A model generated the notes under the pieces. That model was given only the letters and a program-made list of their open reading frames with translations, did not search any database and was not told the origin of the DNA. A DNA stretch of 63,934 nucleotides, the filler included, from Aduncisulcus paluster (taxonomy: Eukaryota): assembly GCA_024181965.1 (NCBI GenBank). It is 12 parts of 12 records of this genome, joined end to end, with 100 filler letters (N's around TTAATTAATTAA, not from the genome) between each part and the next. Parts side by side here need not be neighbours in the genome. Positions count along the whole stretch, not along the records: positions 20,788 to 45,122 come from BQXS01011551.1; 11 more parts are not named here. One strand, given 5' to 3'. Shown here one piece after another: positions 24,601 to 38,000 of this stretch. The translations under genes and the position numbers were made by a program. Each line of letters opens with the position of its first letter. Within the stretch, counting starts at the first letter, position 1.

Positions 24601-27600
24601 TTTGTTCTTTATGAATCGATGCAGCTGGCACATAAGTGTATTCTTAATAGTTTCTATGGGTACGTGATGCGTCAAGGGTCTCGATGGTGGAGTATTGACA
24701 TGGCTGGAGCTGTCACACACACTGGTGCAGAGATCATCAAGAATGCAAGGAAGCTCGTAAGTCGTGTTGGAATTCCTCTAGAACTTGATACTGATGGTAT
24801 ATGGTGTATGCTTCCCTTCACATTCCCAGACGATCTCGAGTTCATCATAGTCGATGAGATGAGCGTGAAAGAGAGGAAAGCCACTGTAAGTTATCCTTGT
24901 GTCATGCTGAATGCTGATGTTGCAGATCACTTTACAAACCCCCAGTATCAGGACATTGAAGATGAAAGACGGAGAACTTTCTCAATGAAAAGCGAGTGCG
25001 GTATCTATTTTGAGGTAGATGGCCCCTATAAAGCTATGGTTCTTCCTTCCGCCAAAGAGGAAGGGAAGAAACTGAAAAAGCGTTACGCTGTTTTTGATCT
25101 TGATGGGAAGTTGAGTGAGCTTAAGGGATTTGAATTGAAAAGAAGAGGAGAACTTGAGATGATTAAGGCTTTTCAAGGTGAGATTTTCAAGTATTTCTTG
25201 CGTGGAGCTAACATCCGAGATGCATACACTGAGGCTGGACGAGTCGCTGATAGATATATTGACATTTTGAAGACAAAAGGAAAAGGAATGGAAGAAAGTG
25301 AGCTCTTGGACCTGATCTGTGAAAGCACAAATATGAGTAAGAGTTTGGAGGAATATGGAGATCGTAAAAGTGCAGCCATCACCACAGCCATCCGATTGAT
25401 GGAACTGCTGAACGATGAAGCACTCAAGGGGCCTGGATTGAGCTGTAAATACATCGTATCTCGTGAACCCGTGGGGACCTCTGTGACTGAGCGTATCGTG
25501 CCCGTCGAAGTCTTCAAAGATCCACGTAGAGATGTCTTTTTAAATCGTTGGTGTGGTATTGAGACCCTCGAAGGCAGGAAAAGTGATGGCAGAAAGAAGA
25601 ATAATGGTAAGAAACATCCTTCCACTCTTTCTATTTCAAGTGGTGCAATCAAAACTTCAGGCTTTTCCTCGACTTCATCTCACCTGACTATTCATGATAT
25701 CCTTGATTGGGATTATTATTTTGAGAGACTCAGTGGAAATATTTTGAAGATCATTGTTCTTCCCGCTGCCTTACAACTCGATGGATGGAATCCTGTTCCC
25801 CGTGTTGAACTTCCTGACTGGTTTAAGAAACAGAAAACCAAGGAAAAAGAGAATATTACATGCATTTCGTCGTATTTCGGGAAGAGAAGGAAAGGTGAGT
25901 CAAAATATCAAGACACTCAAATGGGTGAAGAATTTGGCGAGAAAGCAACAGAAAGCAAGGCGAGTACAAAAGAGACGAAGGATGAAGAAGGTCAGAACGA
26001 TATTATTGAGATCATGGATGGTTTAGACGAAGGAAGGAAGCCTAGTTCAATTTCTTCTTCTCTCCTAATGACATCGTTTAACTATGAAGAGATTAAGGGA
26101 AAATGTCCTCCAAGAGCTGGTGATATCAAATCTTGGTTACAGTGGCAGAAAGGTCTGTGGGATTTGCAGAGAGATGAAAGGATTCGCAAACGTTCAGGCA
26201 ATTCTCTCTCTGGCTCTACTAAGAGTGCTGTACCAATGTCTTTGTCTATTTCGACTGCTGGTAGCTTTTCTAGGCATTTATATATCCTATCAATGACCCC
26301 TTCACATACGCCTAATAGCTTAACTATTTGGTATGTTGAAGGGAACGAGTTTGACGCCTTTGTTGAACAATACTCACACGCCGTGAATGAGTTCACTTCC
26401 CATGCTCTCCATGTTATTCGAGAAACCGAGGGAACCGGTGTGAGGGGAAGGAATGCAAGACAGAAGCTGGCTGAGGAAATTATTGAATACCAAAAAGGTT
26501 ATGATCTCTCTGGACCCGATGGGCAGATCACCTCTGTTCCCCTTTCCTTTATTCTACCTTCAAAATCTCTCCCGCAATTCCCATCACTCAAAAAGATGTC
26601 ATTGTCGATCAACAAGAGACTGATAGTTTGTTCTGATCTCTCCTTTCAGCTTGTTTCTGATGCCCTCGATCATATTCCTCACGTAAAGATCCTCGATGGA
26701 AGTGTCGGAAGAAGGAAGAAGCATAGTGGAGTATGTGCAACAGTGAGTGTCATGGAATGTGGGAAAAGCTGGGTTGTACTGCCAGGAGGACAGAAATGGA
26801 ATACAATCTTGTTCATTGATGTGACACCGAGTCTATTTTTGGAAAAGGTCAACGATATTCTTCATCTCAAGGATGATCCTCGAATTGGAACTGTTCTTGG
26901 GCTTGATGTTGATGATATGGACAGGTACATGACTTCTGTGACCAATTCTGTTCGTGTTGACATGTCAAAGTCAAGGAAGAAAAGGGCTGGAATGGCTACT
27001 TCGATCGATTCTTTCAGCCAGCTTATTCCAACTTCTCAACCTTATCTCGGTGCACCAGACATGTCTATCTCTGCGCTGACTGAGATTTGTTCAACCCTAT
27101 TCCCTGACGCCTTCTCTTTGATGTCCCACATTGTGTCCACTCGTCATCTCTCTTGTTTCCTTCCAACCAGCTTGCTGTGCATTCACATTATGCCTGGAGC
27201 TAATCGAGGAATCATAACATGTCTGATAAGAAACTCGTCTACTCCTTTGCAATTATCATCTATAACCGATTCAACTGATTCAACACCCTCTTTATCTCCT
27301 TATTCCCCATACCGATTACTAGTCGTCTGTATTGGGGCAGTTTCTCAGCGGTTGAGTACAACAGATGTGATGAGGATTATTGGGAAAGGAATGGGCATTG
27401 CTAAAGAATGTGTCTCGACCGTGGGATCTGCTCGTGTTGACACTGCTCTGCGGTTGGCTCGTGAATGGATGGTTGAACTAAGAGGAACGTCGGGATGGGA
27501 CACTGGGATTTGTATGTGTTATTCAAATATTCACTCATCATCGCCTCAATTCGATTCAAAGCAATCCATTATGCTTTCTTCCGGGGAAATTATCAATAAT

Positions 27601-30326
27601 CCAAGAATTCACAATAATCTATTTGCATTGTTCGATTCTTTCCCATGTATTCACCACCAAAGTGGAATTGTGACCAATTCTCCTTTCGAATGGCAAGAAG
27701 AAATTATGCTTCGAGTGCCCTACGTATTTGGTGCCGCACATTTTCATTTGGAAGAAGCGTATGGACTTAGCTCGGTGTCTGGGGTGCCTATTTGTAACAC
27801 AATGTCTCCAGATGTTTCATATTCAAACTCATTTAGATGTCTAGATCTATTCCTTTGTCATCAGATGCATAAGAATCGAATTATCCTATGGAAATCCAAT
27901 ACAGGGCAGTTGTGTTCAGTTCCTACGTTCACCTCTCTCTCTTCTCTTCCGCCTCCTTCAATCTCTCTTCCAACGCTAGCAAGATCTATCTCCTTTTCAC
28001 TCCGCGTCTATGGGCTTGTGACGAATGCGGCTTTGTTCGAAGATGTTACTGCTTTCCTGCCCTCTTTGCTGGTTGAAAAAGAGGAAGAGGAGTGGGATTC
28101 GTCTATTTTAGATGGCAAAGAAGCGAAAAAACATCGTAAAAAACGTGGAGATGCTCTTGGTGGGCGTAGATCTGATTTAAACCGTGCGAGAAGGACAGAA
28201 CGTGATATTTCACGATTGATTACGGCTTCATCATCGTCAACAATGCAGAGTGAAAGTGGACTTCCTTCGGCTCTTCAATCTATTGGATCACAAACTCACA
28301 CGAGGACAAGAGAGGAATTCTTTGACGTCTTTGGGTGTGCCGTTGTCCAGTGTTTGCAGGGTCCTCTACGTCTTGGAATCATTGATAAATTCTTGGTTGT
28401 GGCTAAAGATTCACAGTCACTAGTTTCTTCTTCAACGACTTTCTCAAGTACTACGGATAGCATGTTGAGTTCCATCGATTCTTGGCTGAATGATAGCACT
28501 AAATGTAGGTTTTGTGAAAGTGTTCGAAGGATTAGCCAGCTTTTGAGCCGTAAAACAATGAAACGAATGGTGGACGGGATTACTATGAATATGAAAGCTG
28601 AAGGGGTCAAGGTTGTTCATGCAACGACCAATAAGCTTATTATTCAGACAGACAGGTACCAAAATAGACAAGCCAAAGCTCACATTCAAAGTGTAATGAA
28701 ACGAATTAATAAGGATAAAAAGCTGACGTTTCTACTATTGGAGGAAACCGAGATGATGCAAGCTCTTATCTTCTTGAATCCTATGAATTATATTGGAATT
28801 GTTGACCGTGTTCAGAGGGTTGAAGTCCCAAGGCAACAAAAACCTCAGCCCATGTCCAGACATTCTGTTCTTTCCCATCAGCGTGAGGAAGAAGAAGGAA
28901 TGTATGAAGATCAAATTATTCCGAGCGTGACTGGTGAGATTACCAACTCACAGATCTTACCCAAGATACTTGCTGATAAACTTGTCGAAGCCATTGCTCA
29001 TTTCCTTTATTTCCCAATAACCATGGCAAGAAAGAAAGAGAATCTGAACTCAAGTCAAGCAAGAACGTTGGAATTGAATCTTTTTTCCCTTCTTCCCCAA
29101 CCAAAAACGTCAAAGATGATATTTCCTCTTCTTTCCGTCCAGGGCTACTCGGATCACCGTCTTCGCCGTCTTCTCCCGGCCGTCCTCATCTCGTGTCCAA
29201 CGTGGGAAAAGGAACAAGTGTCGCAGAGTATGAGACAAACCTGTGTAGATATACGAAAAGAGCTCTTAATTCACAACTTCTCGGGGATATCCTGAAGTTT
29301 TTACAGCATTACAAGGATATTACGACTAAATTTAATTCTCCTGATGTTGCTCAATTCCTTGCTCAAAGGGTTGGTTATAAAACTGCTAAACAAACAACAC
29401 CGCTCTCATTCTTCCTTTCATGTTTAGTTTCATTCCTCAAGAAAGATGGCTGGGTTCATATGGATGTTGAACGAATCGGGAAACGTTGGTTCGATGTTCT
29501 TGGAATGTCTCCATTCTCGCCAGCTGCATCTTTCATCTCCCTATATCCCACAATAACGCTTCCCATGGCCTGCCCAAGGTGTGGAAGAGGAAACTTAAAC
29601 CCGTTCCTCGATTTAATCAGAGTTCAAGAGCAGACAGAGACTGCCAATCATATTGATGAAGAAGCTGAATCGACGCCCGATAACGATTATGAGGCCAAGT
29701 CAAGGAAGGAAAAAGAGGAAGAGGAAGAAGGAGAAGAAGAGGAAGAAGGAGAAGAAGAGGAAGAAGGAGAAGAAGAGGAAGAAGGAGAAGAAGAGGAAGG
29801 GGAGAGTATTGAGGATTCTGAAGAGCTTGAGGATGAATTGAGAGATGAAGAACTTGACGGATTTCTTGCTGAAGAGGATCTGGATGAGATTAGAAGACAA
29901 CGAAAGGAAAAGAAAATGTTGAAGGAAAGGAAAAGGAAGAGGGAAGAAGCTGAGAGGAAAAAGAGAATCGAGGCAGAAGAACAAGAAAAACAGCGTGAAA
30001 GAGAGAGAACATGTCCAATAATATGTGCATTGTGTCGAGAGGGAATTATTTCAAGAAGCCATATCGCTCAATGTACAGTGGATAGTGCAAAAAGTGCCTC
30101 TAAATTGTTTTTGTCCCTTGAACCAACTTGTTCACGTTGTGGAATGGGTGCTGGTGGAATCCTTGTGAAACAATGTTCCAGATGCCATGGAAATATCATA
30201 AAACCTTCAAAGGACTCTCTGAAACATCACCTGGAAGCCCTTTTGTTAATATGTAGCAGATTTGGCCTGGAATCATCCGGAATAATTGTTAAGGGGATGC
30301 TGGATGTCTTAAAATATTCAATATAA
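21697..30326 (+). CDS. POLE: DNA polymerase epsilon catalytic subunit; gap duplication at 22840-23347 and a -1 frame change near 29010-29140
   Basis: AYDIETTK (ExoI), TYNGDFFDWPF (ExoII), WVKRDSYLPQGSQGLK, HLDVGAMYP, KCILNSFYGY, ELDTDG; ORF 29193..30326 supplies the C-terminal CysA (CPRC...CALC) and CysB (CSRC...CSRC) motifs. Confidence 0.96.
22840..23347. repeat. Scaffold-gap duplication (~244 bp either side of 20 N)
   Basis: 22840-23083 repeats at 23104-23347. Confidence 0.9.
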
Positions 30327-30497
30327 CTTGAAAACAACATAAAACAAATTATTTTCTGATAGTAATCAAATAAATCTTTATTTCTTACTGAAAATATTTA
30401 TTTCATGTGAATCATTGTGTTGTAGAAACAAGCAGACAAATAGGAAATTTAGATAAGTTTATTAAATTCTTGAATTTGTCAAGCATAGGCTTTACTA

Positions 30498-31865
30498 TTA
30501 CTTCTTCTTCTTGTCAGCAACCTTGGTGACTTCACGGACGATACCAACAGCAACGGTACGACGCATATCACGGATAGCGAAACGACCGAGAGGAGGGTAT
30601 TCAGCCATGGTCTCAACACACATAGGCTTGGAAGGCTTGATGAGAACGAAGCAAGAGTCTCCCTTCTTAACAGCACAGGACTTGTTGCCCTCTCCAACCT
30701 CGTACTCCTCGGTAACCTTACCAGTACGCTTGTCCATCTTCTTGAAGATCTGAACGAAACGGCAGGCAATGTGAGCAGTGTGGCAATCGAGAACGGGGGT
30801 GTAACCGGCGTGGATCTCTCCAGGGTGGTTGAGGATGATACACTGAGCTTGGAAAGTCTCGGCACCCTTGGGGGCATCGTTCTTGGTGTCACCAACAACG
30901 TAACCTCTCTTGATCTCCTTAACGGAAACGTTCTTAACGTTGAAACCAACGTTGTCACCGGGGTTAGCGGCCTCGACCTGCTCGTGGTGCATCTCGACAG
31001 ACTTAACATCAGTCTCAAGACCAGAAGGAGCGAAAACGATCTTCATGGCGGGCTTAAGGATACCAGACTCGACACGACCAACGGGAACGGTACCGATACC
31101 AGAGATCTTGTAGACGTCCTGGATGGGAAGACGAAGAGGCTTGTCAGTGGGACGGGTGGGGGGCTTAACAGCGTTAAGAGCCTCGATCAAAGTGGGACCC
31201 TTGTACCAGGGCATGTTGTCAGATCTCTCAACCATGTTGTCACCCATCCAACCGGAAATGGGAACGAAAGCGATGTTCTTGGGACGACCACCCTTGGCCT
31301 TGGGCTTCTTACAGTAACCAGTCTTGGCCAAGATACGGATCATTTCATCAACAATCTCGTTGTAACGAGCCTCACTGTATTTGACAGAAGGATCATCCAT
31401 CTTGTTGAGACCAACAATAAGTTGGTGAACACCAAGAGTGTAAGCAAGAGTAGCGTGCTCACGAGTCTGACCCTCAGCGGAGATACCAGCCTCGAACTCA
31501 CCCTTACCAGCAGCAACGATAAGGAGAGCAACATCGGCCTGAGAGGTACCAGTGATCATGTTCTTGATGAAATCTCTGTGTCCAGGGGCATCAATGATGG
31601 TGAATTGGAAGACATCAGTCTCGAATTTCCAGAGGGCGATGTTGATGGTGATACCACGTTCACGCTCGGACTTCAGTTTGTCAAGAACCCAAGCGTACTT
31701 GAAAGAACCCTTACCGATAGCGGCGGCTTCCTTCTCGAACTTCTCGATTTCACGGGGGTCAATACCTCCACACTTGTAGATCAAGTGTCCGGTGGTGGTA
31801 CTCTTACCAACATCAACGTGACCAATAACAACTAAGTTAACATGGGGTTTCTCTTTAGGGGCCAT
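30498..31865 (-). CDS. EEF1A: Elongation factor 1-alpha
   Basis: [56 protein letters not shown]; strong codon bias; likely ATG at 31865. Confidence 0.99.
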   Translation of the reverse strand: MAPKEKPHVNLVVIGHVDVGKSTTTGHLIYKCGGIDPREIEKFEKEAAAIGKGSFKYAWVLDKLKSERERGITINIALWKFETDVFQFTIIDAPGHRDFIKNMITGTSQADVALLIVAAGKGEFEAGISAEGQTREHATLAYTLGVHQLIVGLNKMDDPSVKYSEARYNEIVDEMIRILAKTGYCKKPKAKGGRPKNIAFVPISGWMGDNMVERSDNMPWYKGPTLIEALNAVKPPTRPTDKPLRLPIQDVYKISGIGTVPVGRVESGILKPAMKIVFAPSGLETDVKSVEMHHEQVEAANPGDNVGFNVKNVSVKEIKRGYVVGDTKNDAPKGAETFQAQCIILNHPGEIHAGYTPVLDCHTAHIACRFVQIFKKMDKRTGKVTEEYEVGEGNKSCAVKKGDSCFVLIKPSKPMCVETMAEYPPLGRFAIRDMRRTVAVGIVREVTKVADKKKK

Positions 31866-32229
31866 TACAACTCTTACGCGATCCAAAATCTTGAAGGTAG
31901 CACACTCATCAATGTTCCAAAAATATCCCATCTTTCTCATGTGGATGAATAGTTATTCCGAATATCTTAATTCGTTATTCAACACAGGAATAAATAAAAC
32001 TTCATCATAACTTTGATAATTTTTATTTTACCTTTTGATGTCCATTCGAAGTCAAATTATAGTATTGAGGACTCTCCTCTCCTGTTCAGGATTAGAGAGA
32101 GACATAATACCCGGGATCACTGTTATAACAATAATATTCAAGAAGAAATGAAGTTATTTCGATGGGAATGAAGAATTAGAAGCATTTCAATTTTGTTTTA
32201 TTGAAACTCGATTCTATGGCAATAAACAA

Positions 32230-32733
32230 CTAGGGAAAGTGAATAGGCTTATCTTTTTCAGCTATCCATCTAAGTTTACACCATTCTAAAAGATCTTTTT
32301 TCAATCCAGGAGCTGGTGGCAACACGTGAAATTTTTCACACGTTTCAGATTTTTCGCATTGTTTATGTTCAAATCCTTCGCATCTCATGGCAGTAAGTGA
32401 TTTTATATCGGTTGAATAAACTTTAACAACTTTTGCTCCATAATTTTTTTCCGCTATTCTTTCAAGGGCCAAAGCCGCCTCTTCCCAGGTTTCATATTCA
32501 ATATATACATTCCCTTTAAGTTCAGGATTACTATTTCCAACGATACACATTTCTTTTACGCATCCATACGAAGCTGCTTCCAGAAAAGCATCCTCAAAAC
32601 AATGATTTAACTCATCGAGTCGTTTCGCATCCAATTCACTTTCACTCCATGGGAAAAGGTGTTTGATAACAATTATACAGGATTTCTCGGGTGTATCGGA
32701 AATTTTATCAATGACAATGTCTTCTTTCTCCAT
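32230..32733 (-). CDS. U2AF1: U2AF small-subunit (U2AF35)-like protein
   Basis: UHM-type RRM FEDAFLEAASYG.V.EM...N...L.GNVYIEY followed by CCCH finger C-x7-C-x5-C-x3-H. Confidence 0.75.
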   Translation of the reverse strand: MEKEDIVIDKISDTPEKSCIIVIKHLFPWSESELDAKRLDELNHCFEDAFLEAASYGCVKEMCIVGNSNPELKGNVYIEYETWEEAALALERIAEKNYGAKVVKVYSTDIKSLTAMRCEGFEHKQCEKSETCEKFHVLPPAPGLKKDLLEWCKLRWIAEKDKPIHFP

Positions 32734-33319
32734 TCTAGTGTTGTAGGCTATTTGTACTGTGGATATAGGTTGATAAAAATAAATAAATGGGTAACAAAAA
32801 ATAGATTAAAACAACTTTTAAATGGGTTTATATGATGGCAAAGGCTCTAGTGAAATAAAACAAAATCTCTATATTTAGACATATTGAGATGCTTCGATAT
32901 AGGGAGAGAAATGATCATAAAGACCCATGAAGGAGTTATTATTTGTTTCACAATTTAGCAATATACTCAATAATCATTTTTTATGTGCAAATTCATCCTC
33001 AGATTCATTCCAAATTGGACCAATGAAGGGTGTGAGGCTATAAAACATTAGAATTCATTCTCCTTATGATATTATTTAACAATTGTGTACAAATACGATA
33101 AGATAAATGATGATAAAAATGGCCATGATTGCACAAACGGACAGCAAAGCGCTAATTCGATGGAAGTTCTATGAGTGAAAAAACATGGGAAGAAAAATAA
33201 TCTAACTAATCAATAGAGTTTTTTTGAGCGATTTTGGGGATTTTGCCCTTGTTCAATATCTAAGAATAGAATGATTTCTTTTCAATCAAATTTGGACTAA
33301 AAAGAAAGAAAAAAAAAAA

Positions 33320-34873
33320 ATGAGTTCTTTGTTCGTTAGCAATTTGGGTGCCTCTGTTACTACTGCTGTTCTTCAGGAGTATTTCCTTGTTGAAGGTGGA
33401 AATCCCCCTCAGATCGTTCTTCGTCCTACCAAGAAGAACCCCAATGAAATGAATGCCATTGTTACCTTCCCTACTAAAGATCTTGCTGAGAAAGCCCTCC
33501 GTGAATTGAACTACGGTCAGGTTGCCGAGGAAGATGGAAAGACTAGGGAACTTCACTTGACCTTGTACGATCCTGAGCGCAAGTATCAGAAACCAAAGGC
33601 CAATGTCTTCATCAAGAACCTTCCTGAAGGAATTACCAGTAGTGATTTGGATGATGCTTTCAGAGAATGTGGAGACATTTTCTCTAGTGTTGTGAGATCC
33701 AGGACTTTCACCAAGAAGGAGAAGAATGAAGAAGGTGAGGAAGTTGAAGTTAAGACTGTTTCCTGCCGTGGTTACATCCAATTCATGGAGGAGGAGGCTG
33801 CTCAGAAGGCTATTGAGGCTTTCAACGGAGCCAGTTTCAACGACAAGGAAATCCAGGTTCAATTGTTCTGTCCCCAAAGCCGTCGTTTCAGGAACGTGTA
33901 CATCAAATACATCCCCAAGGACTTCACCCAGGAGCAATTTGAGGAGCTCATGAAGAAATACGGTGATATCTCTTCTGCCAAGCTCATCATGGCTGATGAG
34001 GGTTCTGAGGATGTTAACAAGGGTTACGGTTACTGTTCTTACTCCACCAACGATGCTGCTATGAAGGCCATCAGTGAGTTGAATGGAACTAAGCTTGAAG
34101 GTCAAGAGAAGGCTCTTTCTGTTTCTCGTTACATTCCTTCCACTGTTAGAAAGATGGGAAACACCAAGGTTTTGACCCAGTACGGTGGTTTGACCAAGGC
34201 TAAGGCTCTCTTCATCCAAAACTTCGGTGGTAAGACCAAGGAGGACCTCGAGAAGATCTTCGCTCCCTATGGTGATCTCGTCAGTGTATCTCTTAGAACT
34301 ACTTCTAACAAGCAACACACCTTCGCTTTCATCAACTTCGAGACCTCTGACAGTGTTTCTAAGGTTCTCGCTGTGAAGGACACCAAGGAGTTCAAGGACC
34401 AATTCCCTGAGAATTTCCAGCTCAACACTCGTACTCCCACTTCCAAGAGTGCTAAGGGTAAGAAGACCTTCAAGCGTGGTGGTCAGCGTCCCGCTGGTGC
34501 CCGTGGAACTACCAAGTCCGTTTTCGGTAGCTTCACTCAAGAGGAAACTGAACTTGTCAAGAACCTCGTTCGTCTTCTCCGTCAGCAGCAACAGAGTGGT
34601 ATGATGGCCCCTATGGGTGTCATGCCTGGTGTTCCCGCCATGGGTCAGATGGCTGTTCCTTCTGCTCCTATCCAAGGAGACATGGGTGCTCATCTTCACG
34701 CCATCGTTTCTGGATTCGTCCCCAACCCTGAGACCGCTGGTAAAGTTACTGGTATGATCTTGGATTCCGTTCCCCCTGCTCAGGTTGCCATGTACCTTGC
34801 TGAGGGCCCTGCTTTCCCCAGTATCCAACACCATGTTACCGATTGCCTGAAACTCCTTGAAGATAGGAAGTAA
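33320..34873 (+). CDS. Polyadenylate-binding protein-like (4 RRMs plus MLLE-like tail)
   Basis: NVFIKNL, RGYIQF, NVYIK, KGYGYCSY, FAFINF RNP motifs; C-terminal AGKVTGMILD matches the PABC/MLLE KITGMLLE motif; high-expression codon bias. Confidence 0.8.
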   Translation: MSSLFVSNLGASVTTAVLQEYFLVEGGNPPQIVLRPTKKNPNEMNAIVTFPTKDLAEKALRELNYGQVAEEDGKTRELHLTLYDPERKYQKPKANVFIKNLPEGITSSDLDDAFRECGDIFSSVVRSRTFTKKEKNEEGEEVEVKTVSCRGYIQFMEEEAAQKAIEAFNGASFNDKEIQVQLFCPQSRRFRNVYIKYIPKDFTQEQFEELMKKYGDISSAKLIMADEGSEDVNKGYGYCSYSTNDAAMKAISELNGTKLEGQEKALSVSRYIPSTVRKMGNTKVLTQYGGLTKAKALFIQNFGGKTKEDLEKIFAPYGDLVSVSLRTTSNKQHTFAFINFETSDSVSKVLAVKDTKEFKDQFPENFQLNTRTPTSKSAKGKKTFKRGGQRPAGARGTTKSVFGSFTQEETELVKNLVRLLRQQQQSGMMAPMGVMPGVPAMGQMAVPSAPIQGDMGAHLHAIVSGFVPNPETAGKVTGMILDSVPPAQVAMYLAEGPAFPSIQHHVTDCLKLLEDRK

Positions 34874-35057
34874 GTCCAACTGCGATGAATTATTGACGAT
34901 CAATTGATATGTTAGTAAAAAGTAATTGCTGAGATCGAATTAGTTATTAATATTAATGAAAATTAGAGATATTTCATGTTGTATCTAAGATAATAAAATG
35001 ATGTTGAAGCTCAATTTGATTTAGTCTCATTTGAAATCAAGTTTTCGACTGAATCCA

Positions 35058-38000
35058 ATGCTTCACCTCCAGCAACAATGGCTGGAGGCTCAAAATATTT
35101 CAGCAACTAAACGAATTGATGCCGCATTGTCGTTTTCACACTCTTTATTCACAGCTTTGGATAGTCATACTGAAAACTTGACCGTTTCTATTGATGGCAT
35201 CGAAAAGGATATCGCATATCTCGAAAATAATGTATTTTTGATATCAAAACCTGCCTTAAAACTTGAATCATATCTCTCGTCATATATAGAGAAGCGAAAC
35301 CGCCTCACAGTGACTAACCTCTTATTAAAACGACTTTCGATAACAAAAGAGCTTCGAGATTTTATCTTGTTGCCAATTATTACATGGAAAGATCTGAAAA
35401 TCTTGGTTTTTTGTTCAAGAAGACTCGACCAAATGATATTTGAAGCAGAAATAATGGCTCACCAGGGGTGGGACTGTGCCACAAAGTGCTTAGCCGATCT
35501 TTATGATCTTCGGGTTGCTTGTGCATGTGGTTGTGTTCCGTGGATTGAAAAGACTTTGTCCACTGCTGATGATGATGTTATTGGATCTGATATCGGGAGT
35601 TTTTGTGCGGGTGATAAACTGAGTATCTTTGCTGAAATTGTTGGATGGATTCTGAATATTACAAAGGATCAAGAAATTCATGGCATTGTCCACCACCCTT
35701 CTGGTTCGGGTTCATCAAAGACTCTTCATGGGCTTACAAATCGAGTTCTACAAGCTATCACCAACAGATTTTGTAAGAGGATTATCGGAAGCTATGATGA
35801 ATGGTTTTGTGACCCTGAAGAACGAGCTTCTTTACTCTCATCGAGTCAACAATCCAACGTGGAAACCAAGAAGTCAGAATCAGAGAAATCCACTCTTTCT
35901 GGGAGGTTAAAGGGAATATGGAAGAGGGGAAAAACAATTGCAGAACGTTTTACTGGATCTTTCTTCAAACATGATATTGAATCCAAGAATAATTCGCCCA
36001 AACAAGAACCTTCGCATCAAAAGATAATATCAAGCCATGATCATAGTTCTTCCTTGCCACTTGCCTCGCTGACCTCATCTTTATCTGGATTCTTCACTTC
36101 TTTCTCATCTGCTCTATTAATATCTCAAAAGGAATTAGCATGTATATTATGCATGTCTCCTTCATGTTATATCCATAAAATAATGCGAATGGTGTTTGAA
36201 TCTAATACCCAGAGTTCAAGCACAAAGGATCCTTCTGTCTCCTCTTCGGCTTCTTCAATTGTACCTGACTCAAAAGAAGGCACGAAGAATGTAGATGTTG
36301 CGGGAGCCAATCATTTTAAGTCTGATAGTCCACCAGTCGATAAGGATTCTGCAGATAGATTCGGAGATATTGATTATCAGACTCAAGGCCATGTGAGTAC
36401 AGGGAATCCAAATGAATGTTCTCCAGATAAAGATAGGGCCAATCCAAGTGCATTTGATAAGATCACAACTTCTTCTTCCTCTCCAAAGTTGTACATTACT
36501 CCGTTGCTCCAAGGTGGCAGGAAGACACCAGCGTCTTCTCCACCAATCTCCTATCTTTCTTTGTCGTTTCTCTATCTTTCTCTCCGCTCTGTTTTCCGTT
36601 CTTTGTGCATCTCCTTCATCGAATCTGTGTGTGGCTCTGTGTATGGTCACAGTGATGATCTTGTGCTCAGTGTTCTGAATGTGATGATTGACGTCTGTGA
36701 TACTTGTATCCAAGGCTGGTTGAGGGCATGTGACGTAAATATTGTCCCTCTTACATATTCCCCAGATCTTATTTCTCAGATTGAAGACGAAAAGAAGAAG
36801 GAAGGAGGGGAATACAGGAAAGAAGAAGAGAGGGAAAAGAAAGAAGAGGAGGAGGAAGAGAGAAGAGACAAAATGAGTATTAAAACACATTCTATGACCC
36901 ATTCTATTGGTTCTGAGGCCTCAGATGATCCTTTGAAGCCTATTCCCCCTTTTCCCTTGAATTATCTCCCTGGTTCCACCGATAACTTGGCTGATCTCGA
37001 CAGACTTGTTGCATTAACACACTGTTCAAGGTTATCTATGACTCCGACAGTCATGTCTCGTCTCCTGTTAGAGAACAGAGTCACTAAACAAGCAGAAAGT
37101 ATAGATCTCGCTGACGAATTGGNNNNNNNNNNNNNNNNNNNNGATCCTTTGAAGCCTATTCCCCCTTTTCCCTTGAATTATCTCCCTGGTTCCACCGATA
37201 ACTTGGCTGATCTCGACAGACTTGTTGCATTAACACACTGTTCAAGGTTATCTATGACTCCGACAGTCATGTCTCGTCTCCTGTTAGAGAACAGAGTCAC
37301 TAAACAAGCAGAAAGTATAGATCTCTCTGACGAATTGGTGACTTGCTCAGATGGACCACTGTCCGTTTCTCCACTGACATTATCTGTCCCTTTCCCTTTA
37401 ATTTCTCCCTCTCCTCCTTCGCTTCTTGTGTCTTTGTTGACTCAACTATCTGGAACGCTGGCTAGAACCTTAAACAAGAGAGGAACTTTCAATGCTTACT
37501 CGGTGTCAGCTCTTCAACGTGCATCTCTACAACCGAAACGACCCTCACTGACTCATATTCCTGCCCTTAACTCTCGTCTTGGATGGGTGTTATCATTCAG
37601 AGGGATTATTAAACAGAGAAAGAGAGGAGAGGAAGAGCGCATCCGAGAATTATCTTCTTCCTCTCCCTCTTCTTCCACTCGAATCATGACTTCTCTTGAT
37701 CGGTCTGTTCGTGATGTCATACATAGCGTTATCATTGACATGTGTACCTGTGTCACTGCTGTGGGAATGTCATGTATTCGGAAGTCACCTTCCTCAATAT
37801 CTTCTACTTCTTTCTCCTCAAGTTGGGGCTGGGCCGGCAAAACAGAGGCTCAAGTTGTCCGAATTAATGGTCTTACTGACATTCGAGAGTGTGTTCTTGA
37901 ATTGTGTGGTCTTACCGATGACCTTATTCCCGCTGGAAGTGAATCTGAAGGATCTGAACAAGAGAAAAGGAGTTGTCTTGCCAAGATGATATTATTTCAT

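Noticed and set aside
30771-31835. 354-aa antisense ORF over EF-1alpha
   Set aside because: Codon-bias shadow of a highly expressed gene.
32062-32110. Imperfect hairpin between EF-1alpha and the U2AF35-like gene
   Set aside because: Weak pairing in CT/AG-rich sequence with no recognisable ncRNA boxes.
33260-34903. 547-aa antisense ORF over the PABP-like gene
   Set aside because: Same codon-bias effect; no motifs of its own.
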